From the NCBI GenBank assembly GCA_965235115.1, contig OZ249447.1, positions 5,828,001 to 5,892,000 of the forward strand: DNA of 64,000 bases, in the 5' to 3' direction. The stretch is from Laetmonice hystrix. Lineage: Eukaryota. This document shows, piece after piece, positions 1 through 13,159 of the stretch. The translations under genes and the position numbers were made by a program. Numbering within the stretch: position 1 is the first letter of the stretch; every line of letters starts with the position of its first letter. Below the pieces are notes generated by a model. It was not told the origin of the DNA and searched no databases. It saw only the letters and a program-made list of their open reading frames with translations.

Positions 1-12
1 CCTGTCACCCTG

Positions 13-346
13 TGACGTCGCGGAAAATGAAATGTGAAAATGTATCATGGTTCAATGTTCAGACAGGTTAACAGCTTCAGTCCAGGGACAGTCACAGTGT
101 TATGAATTTCAGTATTTAAATTAGAGGTGTAGACTATGGTGAATAATGCCGTTGCCAGGCAGAGGCAGCCGCGTGTTCTTTGCATGAACTGAGGCTTGGT
201 CACTAAAGTAAAATAGGCCTAAACTGAAAACTTTAACTAGTTTTTAAGGGCATAGGGCTCCATACATTATTACATAGGCCATACCCCATAGCATTAGCAA
301 TATTGTCATGACCATGGCCTTTACTTTAGTTTATTGCCATGGCAAG
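13..346 (+). promoter_or_regulatory. Candidate creatine kinase promoter region: CRE-like TGACGTCG (13-20) and X-box-like ATTGCCATGGCAAG (333-346)
   Basis: Motif matches only; no TSS data. Confidence 0.35.
27..66 (+). CDS. Possible first coding exon of the creatine kinase (MKCENVSWFNVQT)
   Basis: ATG at 27 and donor cag|gttaac give phase 1, matching exon 660-681. The donor is weak and the real first exon may lie outside the window. Confidence 0.25.
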
Positions 347-659
347 ATCTAGCTAGTAAATTACATTGATGTAGATGGCAGTTTGTTCCCAGAATATCAC
401 TTGGTAATTGTAGGCCCTATACTATTTATACTGTGTAGACTCTACTATGTTTAAATCACATCATTGTTATTGGCCTCAATCCGTAATCAGGCTTACATTG
501 GCACACTGTTAACACCCCCCCCCCCCCCCAATTGGTCCTTAGAACAGCTTCCAACAGAACACCAAATACAAATTTAACTTCTCTCTCTCCCTCTCCCTCC
601 TCGTGCTGACCAATAATTTATGTACCAACAAATAGGACCATTTAATTTTCTTATTTCAG

Positions 660-681
660 ATGGGCAGGAAAAGAAGGCGAG
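660..681 (+). CDS. 22-nt candidate upstream micro-exon of the creatine kinase gene
   Basis: Strong acceptor (ttcttatttcag) and donor (G|gtaagt). Reads DGQEKKA(S) in phase 1->2, joining exon 4322, or MGRKRRR(E) from ATG660 if the acceptor at 4326 is used. Confidence 0.55.
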
Positions 682-3600
682 GTAAGTACTATGATTAAGT
701 CTTGTATTAGTTGAAAGAATATCCTAGAACTAGAGTTCTTCAAAGGCTGTACCGGTACATAGTTAGGATCAGCACCAGTTGTTTTAGACTAAATGTTGGT
801 CCACGTTATTCTAATAAATAATTAAATTAGTCAAATAATATTAAGAAGCCATGACGTTAAGAGGTTGATTAAATTGGTGTAAGCAGCCAGTGTCAGAAGT
901 GAATGTATAAACTTGAAACTAGCCCTGTGAGTAGGTTACAGTTTGTATCGGTAAGTGGTATGGCAGTGTACATGTCAGAACTGTCAATGGATTTCACTTC
1001 TAGTCCTTCACAGAAACCCTCTGAAGCAGATAACAGGTATACTAATATCTTATCTAGGTCAACCATATAGACGACAAGCCCTCATGTCTCAGAGCTTGTG
1101 GACTTCATCCTTGCACTTTTGCCTGCACTTTATCGTCTAGTTTATATCTTGATCAATTTCGTCTTTTTTCCCCATTTACGTAGATGCATGATCAATAGAC
1201 TTTTTTTCTGTATCTTTTTAACTACTAGTGTACTTTCCTTGAGAATTATCTATTTTTTCCACAAAGGCTTGCTTACAAGTTACATTGCTGAATCATGAGT
1301 GGGGTTTTAGATAAAGGGATAGTTGGTTTAATGTCAAGTAATAACCAGTTTAGAACTGTTATAAATTCAAGTCCTTATCTGAATAGCATAGTACATTATA
1401 AGCTGCAGCTGCAGCATTTATTTGATGCTCCAGCAAAAATTCCGTAATTCAAAGATGAAAATACCGGTAATAGAGTACCACTTACCAAATTACTATCTGA
1501 TTTTCAAAAATAGAAAGCTTGTAAACAGTAGCAATTCAATCAGATCTGTTTATAGGCCCTACTTTAAACTTAAAGCTCTAACTGCTCCAGCTTCAAACTT
1601 TGTGATCTGGTGGTTTTATGGTGGCACTTGCCTGGTCCTTATCTTTAGCCTACCTGTCAAAAGGGGTTATAGCACCTTTGGGGCCTCATGCATATAGGCC
1701 CATCGTTTGATCTACCCTCTGTTGTACGGCAGAATACCAGTGGTTGTGCACAGTGGTTCGGCTCATGTTACCTGTTCTTACCTGTCTCATGTTTTTCTTC
1801 CTCCACACGACTCTGTTTAGTGCAGGGCTCTCGTATAAATCCGTTTATTACATACCATTAAAAACGGCACAGGCAGCAGAATACTGCTGTTGAGGCGTCA
1901 AGGGTCGGACCAGTTTTGCAGCTCTGTTTCATGTAATCAGGACAGAGTGTGCTGATGGTTTAGGCTCAGTACCCAGTATTGGTTGCAGTCCTGAGAGAAA
2001 ATTGTTCAGTGAAAGAGTACAAGGGGGGTTTCCCCCTCCCTTTCTTAAAATTGTGTGATGTTCATGTAATGTCTAGAATTCAGCATCAGTGCGTAATTTT
2101 TTACTGGTAAACAATTGTGATTGTGGTTGTTTACATATTAGTAGGCTAATGATTCTGGATCTTAGTTAATGAGCATTTCTACTATATTACTAGCAGGATT
2201 CCCTGTCATGATGAAATATCTTTTTTTAGGTTATTGCATTGTTTTACTAATTAATTATCAAGATTAAAAAGTATGAAGACTGGTAAATTATTGTAATAAT
2301 ACCGTCTACAGTGTACCATGCCTGCAGAGATATCAATCTATGTTTCTGCACACACCCATGAAAATAACACTGAGACAAAATCATTGAACACTGCAATCAC
2401 TGCTATGTGTACACCATTCGTAATTCTCCCAAATGCACGCATGTAATATGATTGTGCTAATGCTATAGTAATTTTACATGTACTATGCTGTTGGCATGCT
2501 AGTGCCAAGGAAGGAGACAGATTCTTGTCATGGAATGGCCTCAGTTGACGGCATGGCATTAAACAAGCGCGTCAAATGTCGGAAGTATAAAAGCACTGCT
2601 TGCAGGCACACAGATTGATCCTATTCCTGGCTAGATAATATTTGATCTTTTTCTTTGATGTACAGAATAAATGGGGGATAGGATAACTTTTCAAAACATA
2701 CTAACGAATGCATGTTGCAAACTAGTAGAATCATATAAATGTGAATTGTTTTTCTTTAGCGTTTGTGATGTCCGGGAAATGCAAGAAATGCACAAAATAA
2801 GTTATATATTTTTCTCAAGAATGGGCTTTTTTTGTTATCTGTACCTACCTGGCACAGCGAATAAGAAAAGCTTAGCCTATGATATCATAACTTGAGATAG
2901 AATATGACCAAGGCTTAAATTGAAATTGTGGTTTTGATAGAGGGAAAAAAGGAAGTAGGAGATGAAACAAATCACACTGCTACATGAATTTCCATTAAAC
3001 TTTGCTATTTCAGCAACAATGGAAGGAAAATTTATGGACTATTAGCAACCTGAAATACATCAGTTCACATCAAAATCCAGGAAAAACTCATGGTAATAAA
3101 ACAGTCCATCTGATACAGACCTAGACCCCCTTTTTTATCATATTTCTGAATGGGTTGGTGAAATCTGTCATTCAGATGGATAATTATTTCCACCTGTACA
3201 CAACAGATCTATAAGAAGATTTCTTTAATAAAATCACTATCTGGAACGCCATTTACAGTTGACACCACTCACATATACACCATACAGTGAATTGAAACAG
3301 TCAATGTGGAATGTTCGCTCCCTTATAATATTCCATGTACATGTATTCCAGTAATTATGGGGGAGAGGAGTAATTATGGGGGAGAGGTTGCATTGCACCA
3401 TACAGACGAGAGAGATAAAATGATGAAAATTATTTTGCCCTGAAATGAGGAATGCAGAAAATGTGCAAGCTTACTTGTAAGAAAGTCGACACATGGAGAA
3501 ACCTATGGCTGTAGCCTTGATGCTTGGTTGTCTTGAGAACCTTACAACAATTATTGATAAAGTTATCAATATATACGTAATAATTTTTCATGATTTTAAC

Positions 3601-4321
3601 CTGTAGTTTCTATGAATGATGCTGCATGCTTTTGTTACGTCAGGATAAGAATAGCTCTAGTTCATGCACAACTAGGATTTCCCGCATGATTTATAGAACT
3701 TTCTTCCTACCCATTTCTCATTTTCTGTGCCTAAATCTCCTGGTTTAAGGAGAGTAAGTTCTATTTTAAGTCAAAGTTTAAACTTTTTGATATTATTTGC
3801 TTGGAGATATGAAGAGTAATGCTCTGTTAGTATGCAAATTTGTAATTTTTATACTCATCTAAGATAAATTTAATGGATTTTAATAATTGTAAAGTGTGTT
3901 AACTCTGTATCAGTGTATGAGCTTGCTTCAATAATTTAGAAAATGCAGTTGTTTTTAAAGATTCTTCCCCGCTAAATCCTAACTGGTGTCCTGAGTTTTG
4001 TTTGTGCAGTGTGCCTGTAACTGTGTTAAATTAATATTTAAAATGTGATTTCACCATACGTTGGTAAAATATACTAGTTAATACACTTACAGTCTTTTTA
4101 ATATGTAAATGCAGAGTACGACTCACATTTAAAGTACTTCAAGCAAGAAAGTCAGTCCTGACTCTTGTGATAGATTTGCTTTCCCTGTGTGTACATAATA
4201 TTATAACTTGTGTACTTTTAACATTTTGCTCTCTTTTCATCGCTGTCTGCTCCGGGACTGGTTGCTTCCCGCTTGAACTATCTCTGTCTGTACACGTGTG
4301 TGTGTTGAAATCCTGATGCAG

Positions 4322-7300
4322 TCCAGAAGCAGACAATGATCCAGAAATGCCTAGTCCTACGGTTAATGGGACCCAGAATGGTCCAGTTGCTCCCCAAGCT
4401 GTCACGGAGCCTGTTCAGGAGTCGGCCACCGCTGAACACACGCTGCCTGATTCCCATACAGTTAAGGCCTCGCCGCCTAGTAAGACACCGGAAAGGTATT
4501 GACTTTAGTTACTGATTTTCTGCAGTGACATCTTGCTCAGCTACATGTGAAAAAGATCACATTGCCAATGCCATTGGCCTCATCACAACTGCCTTGATCT
4601 CTCACAGATGAGGCAGAACATAATGTTTGTGCATTTGCATTATACAATTATACATTTGTACCATCGTAATTCCCCTCCTCTCCACTCCCCTCACCCTTTC
4701 TCGTCCCAGTGTGCGAGTTTCTCAGTTGCTTAGTTATACCTGGTAACCATCTCATCATCTTCACTGGACTGAATATTAATGACAAGACTTGTTTTCACCC
4801 TGAAGATGGCCATCAGTTGCCAACAGGCTGTAAGGCAACCAATCGCCAATAGAACCCTAAATGGCTTCCAGAGCAATTGATTCCTGTGTGTATACAGGTG
4901 CACGTAATTGTAAAGCTAGGAAGCATGTTGTTTGTGGCCAGAGTGGCGCGGGTACTGAAGAGGTTAATGCAAACTTATTGATCCCAGTCAAGGACACTGG
5001 CGGATCAATCGATAGCTTTGACTCCCCTTTTGTTAAGGTGTACACGTCTTAGATTTACAATTACAGACGCTGGCTGTCCTTGCTCGGTAAGACAGGCTAC
5101 ATGTGCTTCAAGTCAGATGTGGTTGTGGTATAATTATAATATCTACCATAGCAGTGCCCCAACTCTCAACCAATATGACCCCATCCCCCTTTTTACTTTG
5201 TGATCTCTCAAGAATACAATTTTTCCAAAGATGTACACACTACCTTTCTCATATTCATGAGTTGATGGTTTTAGACTCAAATTCCGTTATTTTCCAAGAA
5301 TGGGATGGAGATACAAATGAAAATGCTAACCATAATATTTTGATTATGGTAGTCAGGCAAAACGTAATTCGGCATTGGCAATTTCATTGATTTCCTGGAG
5401 GTATGAAATGTTCAATCCCATGGTGTTAGGGCATGTCCCGGTGTGATGTCTTATTGATTGGACAATGCCGAGCTCCAATACGTGCCAGGATTATCACACA
5501 TCAGACACTGCTGTAAATTATGAAACGCTGCACAGTCCGACTGAGGGATACTGAGGCAAAACTGAGACTGCCTCAGACTTGTACATATGTACATATAGAT
5601 CAATTTATTTTTATTTCATAATTTTTTGTTTAATGCAAGCTGCACTAAAAAAAAGGGTTATGAAGAATAGAAGATTTGAGCTTTAAAACTGACTTGATAA
5701 TTATGGTTTAGGTACCAGGTATAAGGTTGAGGTAGGCCTATTGATTGAGATTGAACCAGACCTGCGACGTCTCAGTGCCGTAACATCGATTACCAGGCGT
5801 GGGCGAACGTTTTTTGGTTCTGTCTTGTCTAGTCTTCAACACATGTCAATTCTGGCATGAAATGAACACTCAACTTGTTTCTGACGTTGATGCCCCTCAC
5901 CTTGTCAATATTGCCACTCTAAATCCATCAGCTAATTCTACTCTCGCTAAAGCCCATCGGAACCGATGGGGATCTGGGCTTTTTTGGGATCTTCCAAGGA
6001 AGGGTGGGGGACATTTTTAAAAAAAACAGCACCTTCGGACAAAGTGGAGAAGTGACGTGTGGGGAGGGGAGGAGCATGGTAAATGGGATAAAATTTGTTT
6101 AAAACAGCAAAGGAAACTAGGAGAGGGACGATTTGTTTTGCTGGTTTTTACTTCAAGATATAATCTGCACTGTGAAGAGATTGGTTCCTTTCAACTTATT
6201 AACTTTTGAACTTTTGAAGGGACTCGTTAACTAGCTTTGAATGTCAGATGGTCATGAGACTCCTGACCAATCTCTACTGAGGCTTAGCCAAGTGTTGAAG
6301 GTCCGTGATGAATAATTACACTAAATACGGCACTTGAAGTAGGTTGCCATTAAGCATTTCAGATGAACTATCCTATATTTGCTGACAATGACATTGAAGC
6401 CTAAATCAGAAAGAGGTACCCTCGACCTTGTTAATGGTCTGACTTTGTGAAAGCTGTATGGACCAGACTTTATGAACTGAGTTAGTTACCATTCGGCCAG
6501 GCACAGAGGCGACCAATTCGCCCTGGAATATTGCCACCACAGCCAGCAGTACCCATACCGTCAAGACCTTGGCCATGATCGGATGTTTGTGGTTGAAGGG
6601 CAGTTGATTTGAGGGTCATAGACCAAGTGGCCAACCAATTATTTTGAAAGGATCACTTGATACCAGTGCTGTGAACAATTACCGGTACTGTTCAAAAGGA
6701 TTTTGTTTCAACATTCCAGCGCTCTCACCAAAACTGACACCAAAAACTCCTGGCAAAATAAGATTTTAACTGGATGTGGGCATAAAGAGTGGTTTACCAC
6801 TAAACTTTGAGAGATTTTGAAAACCAGGCAGAAATGTAACGTTACGGATGTAGAATAAATATATGTGCCAGTGCAACTCGCCCCTGGTACGTGGATGTAC
6901 ATAGACAAATAAATTTGTGTTTAGAAATTCATAAATTTCATATGCTTAGATATCCATCACCAGCAACTAAGTACTAAATAATTTAGCCACCACTGCTTTG
7001 ATGAAACCCTTGGTGGTTTATTGTTTCTGGGTAATTTGCTGATGAGCGCTTTATTACCTCAGATGCAACCATCCGCTTGTACAACCATCAGAGTCCTGGT
7101 TAATCAGACCAGGTAATTCTGGTTAGCCAGATCAGATTTTGGTTTTTAGGAATGGTTCTAAGTACACTTAATATTAAACCTATTTCAACCTCAAGAAATC
7201 TTGAAAAGCTCCTGACATTCTTCACAGTGCAGTTTTCATCCTCTCCTATTCTTGGTCGCATCAAGAGACTATAATATTTAGCACAGGTCTTACAAAATGG

Positions 7301-10300
7301 TGATTGCCATAGTCATAGAGTGATGAGGCCATGTTTCCTTAAATAAATATATTGCAATTTGTTGACTTCACCTTTTGTTAGTCTGTTAAGTTCTGTTTTT
7401 AAAAAGGGAAACATATTTTATTCGTTGCAGTTTTAGTCCATCCACAAGTAAATCAACTGAATTTCTGGATTCATGACCAGTTGACCTTTCCTCTGACCAC
7501 AATATCCCTGGTATTTGTAAATCAAGAGATTCAATCTTTTAATGTTGTTTTATCACCTAGGTTCCAAATGTCACGACTTCCCTTATGAAATCGATCACGA
7601 GTTCATAGAAGTTAAATTTGAAATAACTTGAAATCATTTTTTTCAGATGTTACCTTTAAGCTTATTCAACATGGATTCAAATGCCTTTTACTTTATTGTC
7701 TACCTTCTAGAAAGGGCAAAGGAGCCCCATGGGACAGCATTGAGAATTTCCCAGATCTTCGTAGCCACAACAACTGGATGGCAGACTGTCTGACCCCAGA
7801 AATATGGACTGCCCTCAAGGACAAAAAGACTGCCTCTGGGTTCACTATTGACAAGGCCATCCAAACGGGAGTAGACAACCCAGGCCATCCCTTCATCTAC
7901 ACTGTTGGCAAGTTTACGTTTCTGGTATCTTAAGCTTTTGGCAGAATCAATGTAGTCTGGGTATGGAAGTTCCTCAATTTTGAAAAAGAATTTGAATAAA
8001 TTTTGTACAATGGAAGTTTAGTGTCACTGTCAGTGATCTTGTAATGATAATGTGGTAATTGGTCTGCAGTTGTTGAAAAGGGCTCTCAGATCCTATCGGA
8101 TTCTAATTAGGTATAATTAGAAAATGTTGTCCAATGTTTTATTTTAAGCAGACCTGTGTATCAATCAAAATACCACACTTAGTATATACTGTAATATTCT
8201 AGAACCTTTATTTTTTGTGTTCAACAGGCTGTGTTGCTGGGGACGAAGAATCCTATGAAACATTTGCAGCCCTGTTTGATCCCGTCATCGACAAGCGACA
8301 CAACGGCTACCCAAAACATGCCATCCATCGCACTGACCTCGACAGCTCCAAGATTGTTGGAGGGGATAACCTCGACCCCAACTACGTCCTCTCGTGCCGT
8401 GTGCGAACAGGCCGCAGTATTCGTGGGCTCTCTCTACCCCCACACTGCACACGTGCCGAACGTCGCGATGTTGAGGCAATCCTGAACACTGCCCTCGACA
8501 AACTTGATGGGCCCTTCAAAGGTAAGTCCATGGGCTGCTTCCTACACTGTGAAAAGGAATTCAGAATCCCCCCCCCCCCCCCCCGAAGGTTATGGGCCCG
8601 CGTCCGACAAGAAGTGCCATGGGAAAAGCTGGACATTTCTAGAGTTTGAGCATGGGACTGCATTTAATGTGGATATAGACATCGCTGAGATTACAGTTAT
8701 AACCATCTTGTGCTGCAGGCAAGTACTATCCTCTGGGTGGTATGACAGATGAGGAGCAGGAGCAGCTCATTGCTGACCACTTTCTCTTTGACAAACCCGT
8801 GTCACCACTACTTTTATCCTCCAACATGGCACGAGACTGGCCAGACGCTCGAGGAATCTGGCACAATGAGAGCAAGAACTTCCTTGTGTGGGTCAATGAG
8901 GAAGACCATTCAAGGTGAGATGCCAGTCCACAAGTTAGAGGACCACGGGTCATATGTACCTCTGTTAACTTCGTAACTTTTTCCTTAATTGTCTTTACCG
9001 TTTGATGATATGCCTTCCTATAGGATGAGTGCTTATCTCCACTATTTCCTCAATCTGTGGCATAATGATTAAACAGTTCAAGCTGACTTTACTTTCATTT
9101 CATCTCCCATTTTATGTTTTAGGGTGATCTCAATGGAAACAGGTGGCAATATGAAGTCTGTCTTCAACCGCTTCTGCGAAGGTCTCAAGAAAGTGGAAGA
9201 TCTGATCAAAGACCAGGGTTATGACTTCATGTGGAACCAGCATCTCGGCTACGTGCTGACCTGCCCCAGTAACCTTGGTACCGGACTGCGAGCTGGCGTG
9301 CATGTCAAGCTGCCCAAACTGAGCCAACATCCATCGTTTGAGGAGATTCTCCTCACCCTACGTCTCCAGAAACGGGGCACTGGTGGCGTCGACACGGCCT
9401 CAACCGACGGAACCTTTGACATTTCCAATCTGGACCGACTCGGATATTCTGAGGTGGAGCTTGTTCAGAGTGTTATCACAGGAGTTGATCTCCTTGTACA
9501 GATGGAGAAGACCCTGGAGAAAGGCGAGTCGATTGATACGATGTCGCCGTCAGGCCTGATGAGACCCACAGGAGACTTCCCCGACCTTACCCAGCACAAC
9601 AACTGGATGGCTAGGTGTCTTACCCCAGCCATCTACGACAAGCTGGGCGACAAAGCAACTCCAAGTGGCTTCACTCTCGCTCAGTGCATCCAGACAGGAG
9701 TGGACAACCCGGGTCATCCTTTCATCATGACTGTCGGTGAGTTAGCAAACAAACCTTTTTGTGTATAAATTCCTCTTAGTCCAAGCCTTTCGGTGTCAGC
9801 AGTTGCTGTTGCTAGTTTCCTCCTATTTCTTGAATGATTGAGTGTTTGAGGGTAAACTAATTGACTACAGTTAATCTGTATACTTGGTTTGGGTTAGACA
9901 TGAAGGGTGATCAAGATAAACTCACTGCCTGTCCCGTTAATCATGAATCTAGCTTTCCGATGCTTGATGTTCAAACCATGTATCTGGACATCTGGCTAAG
10001 CTGTTGTTTCTAATTGTAGGTTGTGTGGCTGGTGATGAAGAGACGTACGAGGTATTTGCTGACCTGCTCGACCCCATTATTGAGAAACGTCACAATGGCT
10101 ACACCAAAGATTGCACCCACAAGACTGACCTCAATTGGGAGAACCTGAAAGGTGGAGATGATTTGGACGAAAAGTATGTCCTATCTTCACGTGTCCGCAC
10201 AGGTCGTAGTATCCGTGGAATCAGCCTTCCACCACACTGCAGCCGTGCTGAGCGCCGCAGGGTCCAAACCATCTCCATCGAGGGACTTGCGACGCTTGAT

Positions 10301-12121
10301 GGTGAATACAGTGGAAAGTACTACCCACTTTCTGAGATGACAGAGGAACAGCAGGACCAGTTGATCAACGACCACTTCCTCTTTGACAAGCCAGTCTCTC
10401 CCCTGCTAACATGTGCAGGCATGGCCCGAGACTGGCCCGATGGCCGTGGTATCTGGCACAATGACAGCAAAAACTTTCTTGTGTGGGTCAACGAGGAGGA
10501 CCATCTCCGTGTTATCTCCATGGAGTCCACTGGAAACATGAGAGCAGTCTTCAAAAGGTTCTGTGAAGGCCTCAACAAGTTTGAGGCAGCCATCAAAGAA
10601 AAGGGAGAAGACTTCATGCACAACGACCATCTGGGTTATGTATTGACCTGCCCCAGCAACCTTGGCACAGGGATTCGTGCAGGCGTGCACGTCAAGCTGC
10701 CTTGTCTCAGTGAAGATCCCCGCTTCAGTGGCATCCTAAAGGCTCTACGACTCCAGAAGCGTGGGACAGGAGGCGTAGACACTGCTGCAGTCGGAGGTAC
10801 CTTTGATATTTCAAACATGGATCGTCTTGGTTTTTCAGAGGTCGAACTAGTCCAAGCGGTAGTTGATGGCGTCAGGATTCTGGTGGAAATGGAAAAGAAA
10901 CTAGAAAAGAAGGAGGCAATTGATGACCTTGTGCCAGCCAATTTTGTTGCTGAGGCAGAGGATGAGAACAAGGACTCCTTGGCTGCCACCCGCATGGAGG
11001 TTAAAGCCAGCAACATGCCAGACCTCTCCAAGCACAACAACTGGATGGCGAAATGCCTCACTGAGGAAGTCTATAACAAGATAAAGGACCTGAAGACGAA
11101 GTCTGGCTTCACCTTGGATGACTGCATCCAGACTGGTGTGGACAATCCAGGTCATCCCTTCATCTACACGGTGGGCGCAGTGGCAGGTGACGAGGAGTGC
11201 TATGACCTGTTTGCCGACTTCTTTGATCCAGTCATTGAGGGCCGCCACAATGGATACACCAAAGACAAGAAACACACCACAGATCTTGACCCCAATAACC
11301 TTAACGGTGGCGACGACCTTGACCCAGAATTCGTCCTGTCCTCCAGAGTGCGAACCGGGCGCAGCATTCGCCCCATTCCTCTTCCGCCACACTGCAACAG
11401 ACATGAACGGCGCGAGGTAGAGCGAATCCTAACCACCGCCCTGGCCACGCTGAAGGGGGAACTAAAGGGCAAGTACTACCCTCTGACTGGCATGACGGAG
11501 GCTGAGCAGGAGGCCCTAATCAACGATCACTTCCTCTTTGACAAACCTGTGTCTCCACTCCTCACATCTGCTGGGATGGCCAGAGACTGGCCCGACGGCC
11601 GTGGAATCTGGCACAACGACAAGAAGAACTTCCTTGTCTGGGTGAATGAGGAGGACCATGCCCGAGTCATCTCCATGGAGAAAGGTGGCAAAATGAAGAC
11701 TGTCTTTGAGCGATTCTGTGATGGACTTAAGAAGGTTCAAGATTCCATAAAAAAGCAAGGCTTCGACTTCATGCATAATGACCACTTGGGCTTTGTCCTA
11801 ACCTGTCCAAGCAACCTTGGAACAGGAATCCGTGCTGGGGTGCATGTAAAACTACCAAAGCTCAGTCAGGACAAGTGCTTTGACAAGGTCTTGTTGGCTC
11901 TACGACTGCAGAAGCGAGGCACTGGTGGCGTCGACACTGCAGCTGTTGGTGGCACGTTTGACATCTCTAACCTCGACCGTCTTGGATCCTCTGAGGTAGA
12001 ACAAGTCCAGGCTGTTGTGGATGGCGTCAAGTTGCTTGTCGATATGGAGAAGAAGTTGATGGCTGGAGAATCCATCGATGATTTGCTACCAGAATCTGTC
12101 AAAACATCTACAGAGGCATAA
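4322..12121 (+). CDS. Three-domain (flagellar-type) creatine kinase, spliced; exons 4322-4495, 7711-7907, 8228-8521, 8719-8914, 9123-9736, 10020-12121
   Basis: Three tandem phosphagen-kinase domains, each with [10 protein letters not shown](Y/M)TVG, NEEDH, CPSNLGT and RGTGGVDT. The HPFI loop and Val in GGVD are creatine-kinase specificity features. All exon junctions are phase-consistent. Stop TAA at 12119-12121. The 5' end is uncertain. Confidence 0.95.
7908..8227 (+). other. Non-canonical GC-AG intron in creatine kinase domain 1
   Basis: Continuity of [10 protein letters not shown] requires ACT GTT G|gcaagt ... tcaacag|GC TGT. The donor matches consensus except at +2 (C). Confidence 0.9.
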
Positions 12122-12953
12122 CTCCGGCTGTCTAAGAGAAAGAGGGCTAAGACTGAAAACATCATTTTTTCTTGCGCTTACAGCAGTGCCGGTTTATTCT
12201 CCCAAAATATCATTCAATAGAACTACTTCCAAACAGTTTGTGATTTGAGCAATAAGTAAGCCTTGAGGTGTATGGAATGCTTGTTTATATATTTATACAC
12301 ATATTTATCTTCGGCAAAAGTATGTATTTATTGTAGGAACAATAATTCCGGAAACTAAATACCATAAAATGCAACAATGATGCAACCAGTGAAAGACCGT
12401 TGTTGGAGAGATTACGGTTGCAGTGACCTGCCAGACTTTGACTGTCCCCGGAGGACTTCCTTGCAGTATTCTAGCATCCTCTGCACATAGTTTTACATAA
12501 TTGCAAGGTTTTCTAATTCTGTATTTGTACAATGAACCAGTCGTGGCTTTTCAATACAGCATGTGCCAAACTCTATAACTGTCAAAATGACTTTTACTAC
12601 CCTCGTGCTATAATTATACTTGACCCGCCTCAATGTTTCTGGCTGGGTGGAGTATGCAGATGGTTTGTATCCAGTCTGGCACGTAGAACAGTGTTGATAA
12701 ATACTGTTCAGTTAAAGTATGCAATTATTAATTTCTGTAAAACAGTGCGTACCTCAACTTCAGTCTGTTGGTGTATTGTGTAATACCTATTAATACGGGT
12801 AATAACATATTGTGTAGAGAGGGATTAGTCTGGTTACAATTAGTAACTCGAGTTAAATGATCAAAGATAATCTTATCTTATTTCCATCAGATCCCAAACT
12901 TGTAAGTACTTCTCCGTCCATCATATGTAAAAACTGTTACCCCTCCTCCTTGT

Positions 12954-12959
12954 AATAAA
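12954..12959 (+). terminator. Candidate polyadenylation signal of the creatine kinase
   Basis: AATAAA about 830 nt after the stop, followed by T-rich sequence. Confidence 0.45.
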
Positions 12960-13159
12960 TGCTCTCACTATACCAAATTTTTTCGTTTTTCCCCCTCATA
13001 CTTTTCACAAATATCATTCAGACAAAATGATTATTGAATGAATAGTCACGAAATGCCGATCAATTTACAAAAGATTTCCCATTACCAATAACTACAAAAG
13101 TGGTTGAAAGTCCCTTGTCCATGTCTGTTGATATCCCACTTAGTTGCTAGTATCCTTTA

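Noticed and set aside
3014-3092. Additional creatine kinase 5' exon
   Set aside because: Its only open frame is phase 0->1, which does not follow exon 660-681 (the phase-1 and phase-2 frames hit stops).
10187-12165. Multiple 60-170 aa antisense ORFs over the creatine kinase exons
   Set aside because: They are shadow ORFs of a strongly coding sense strand and show no motifs.
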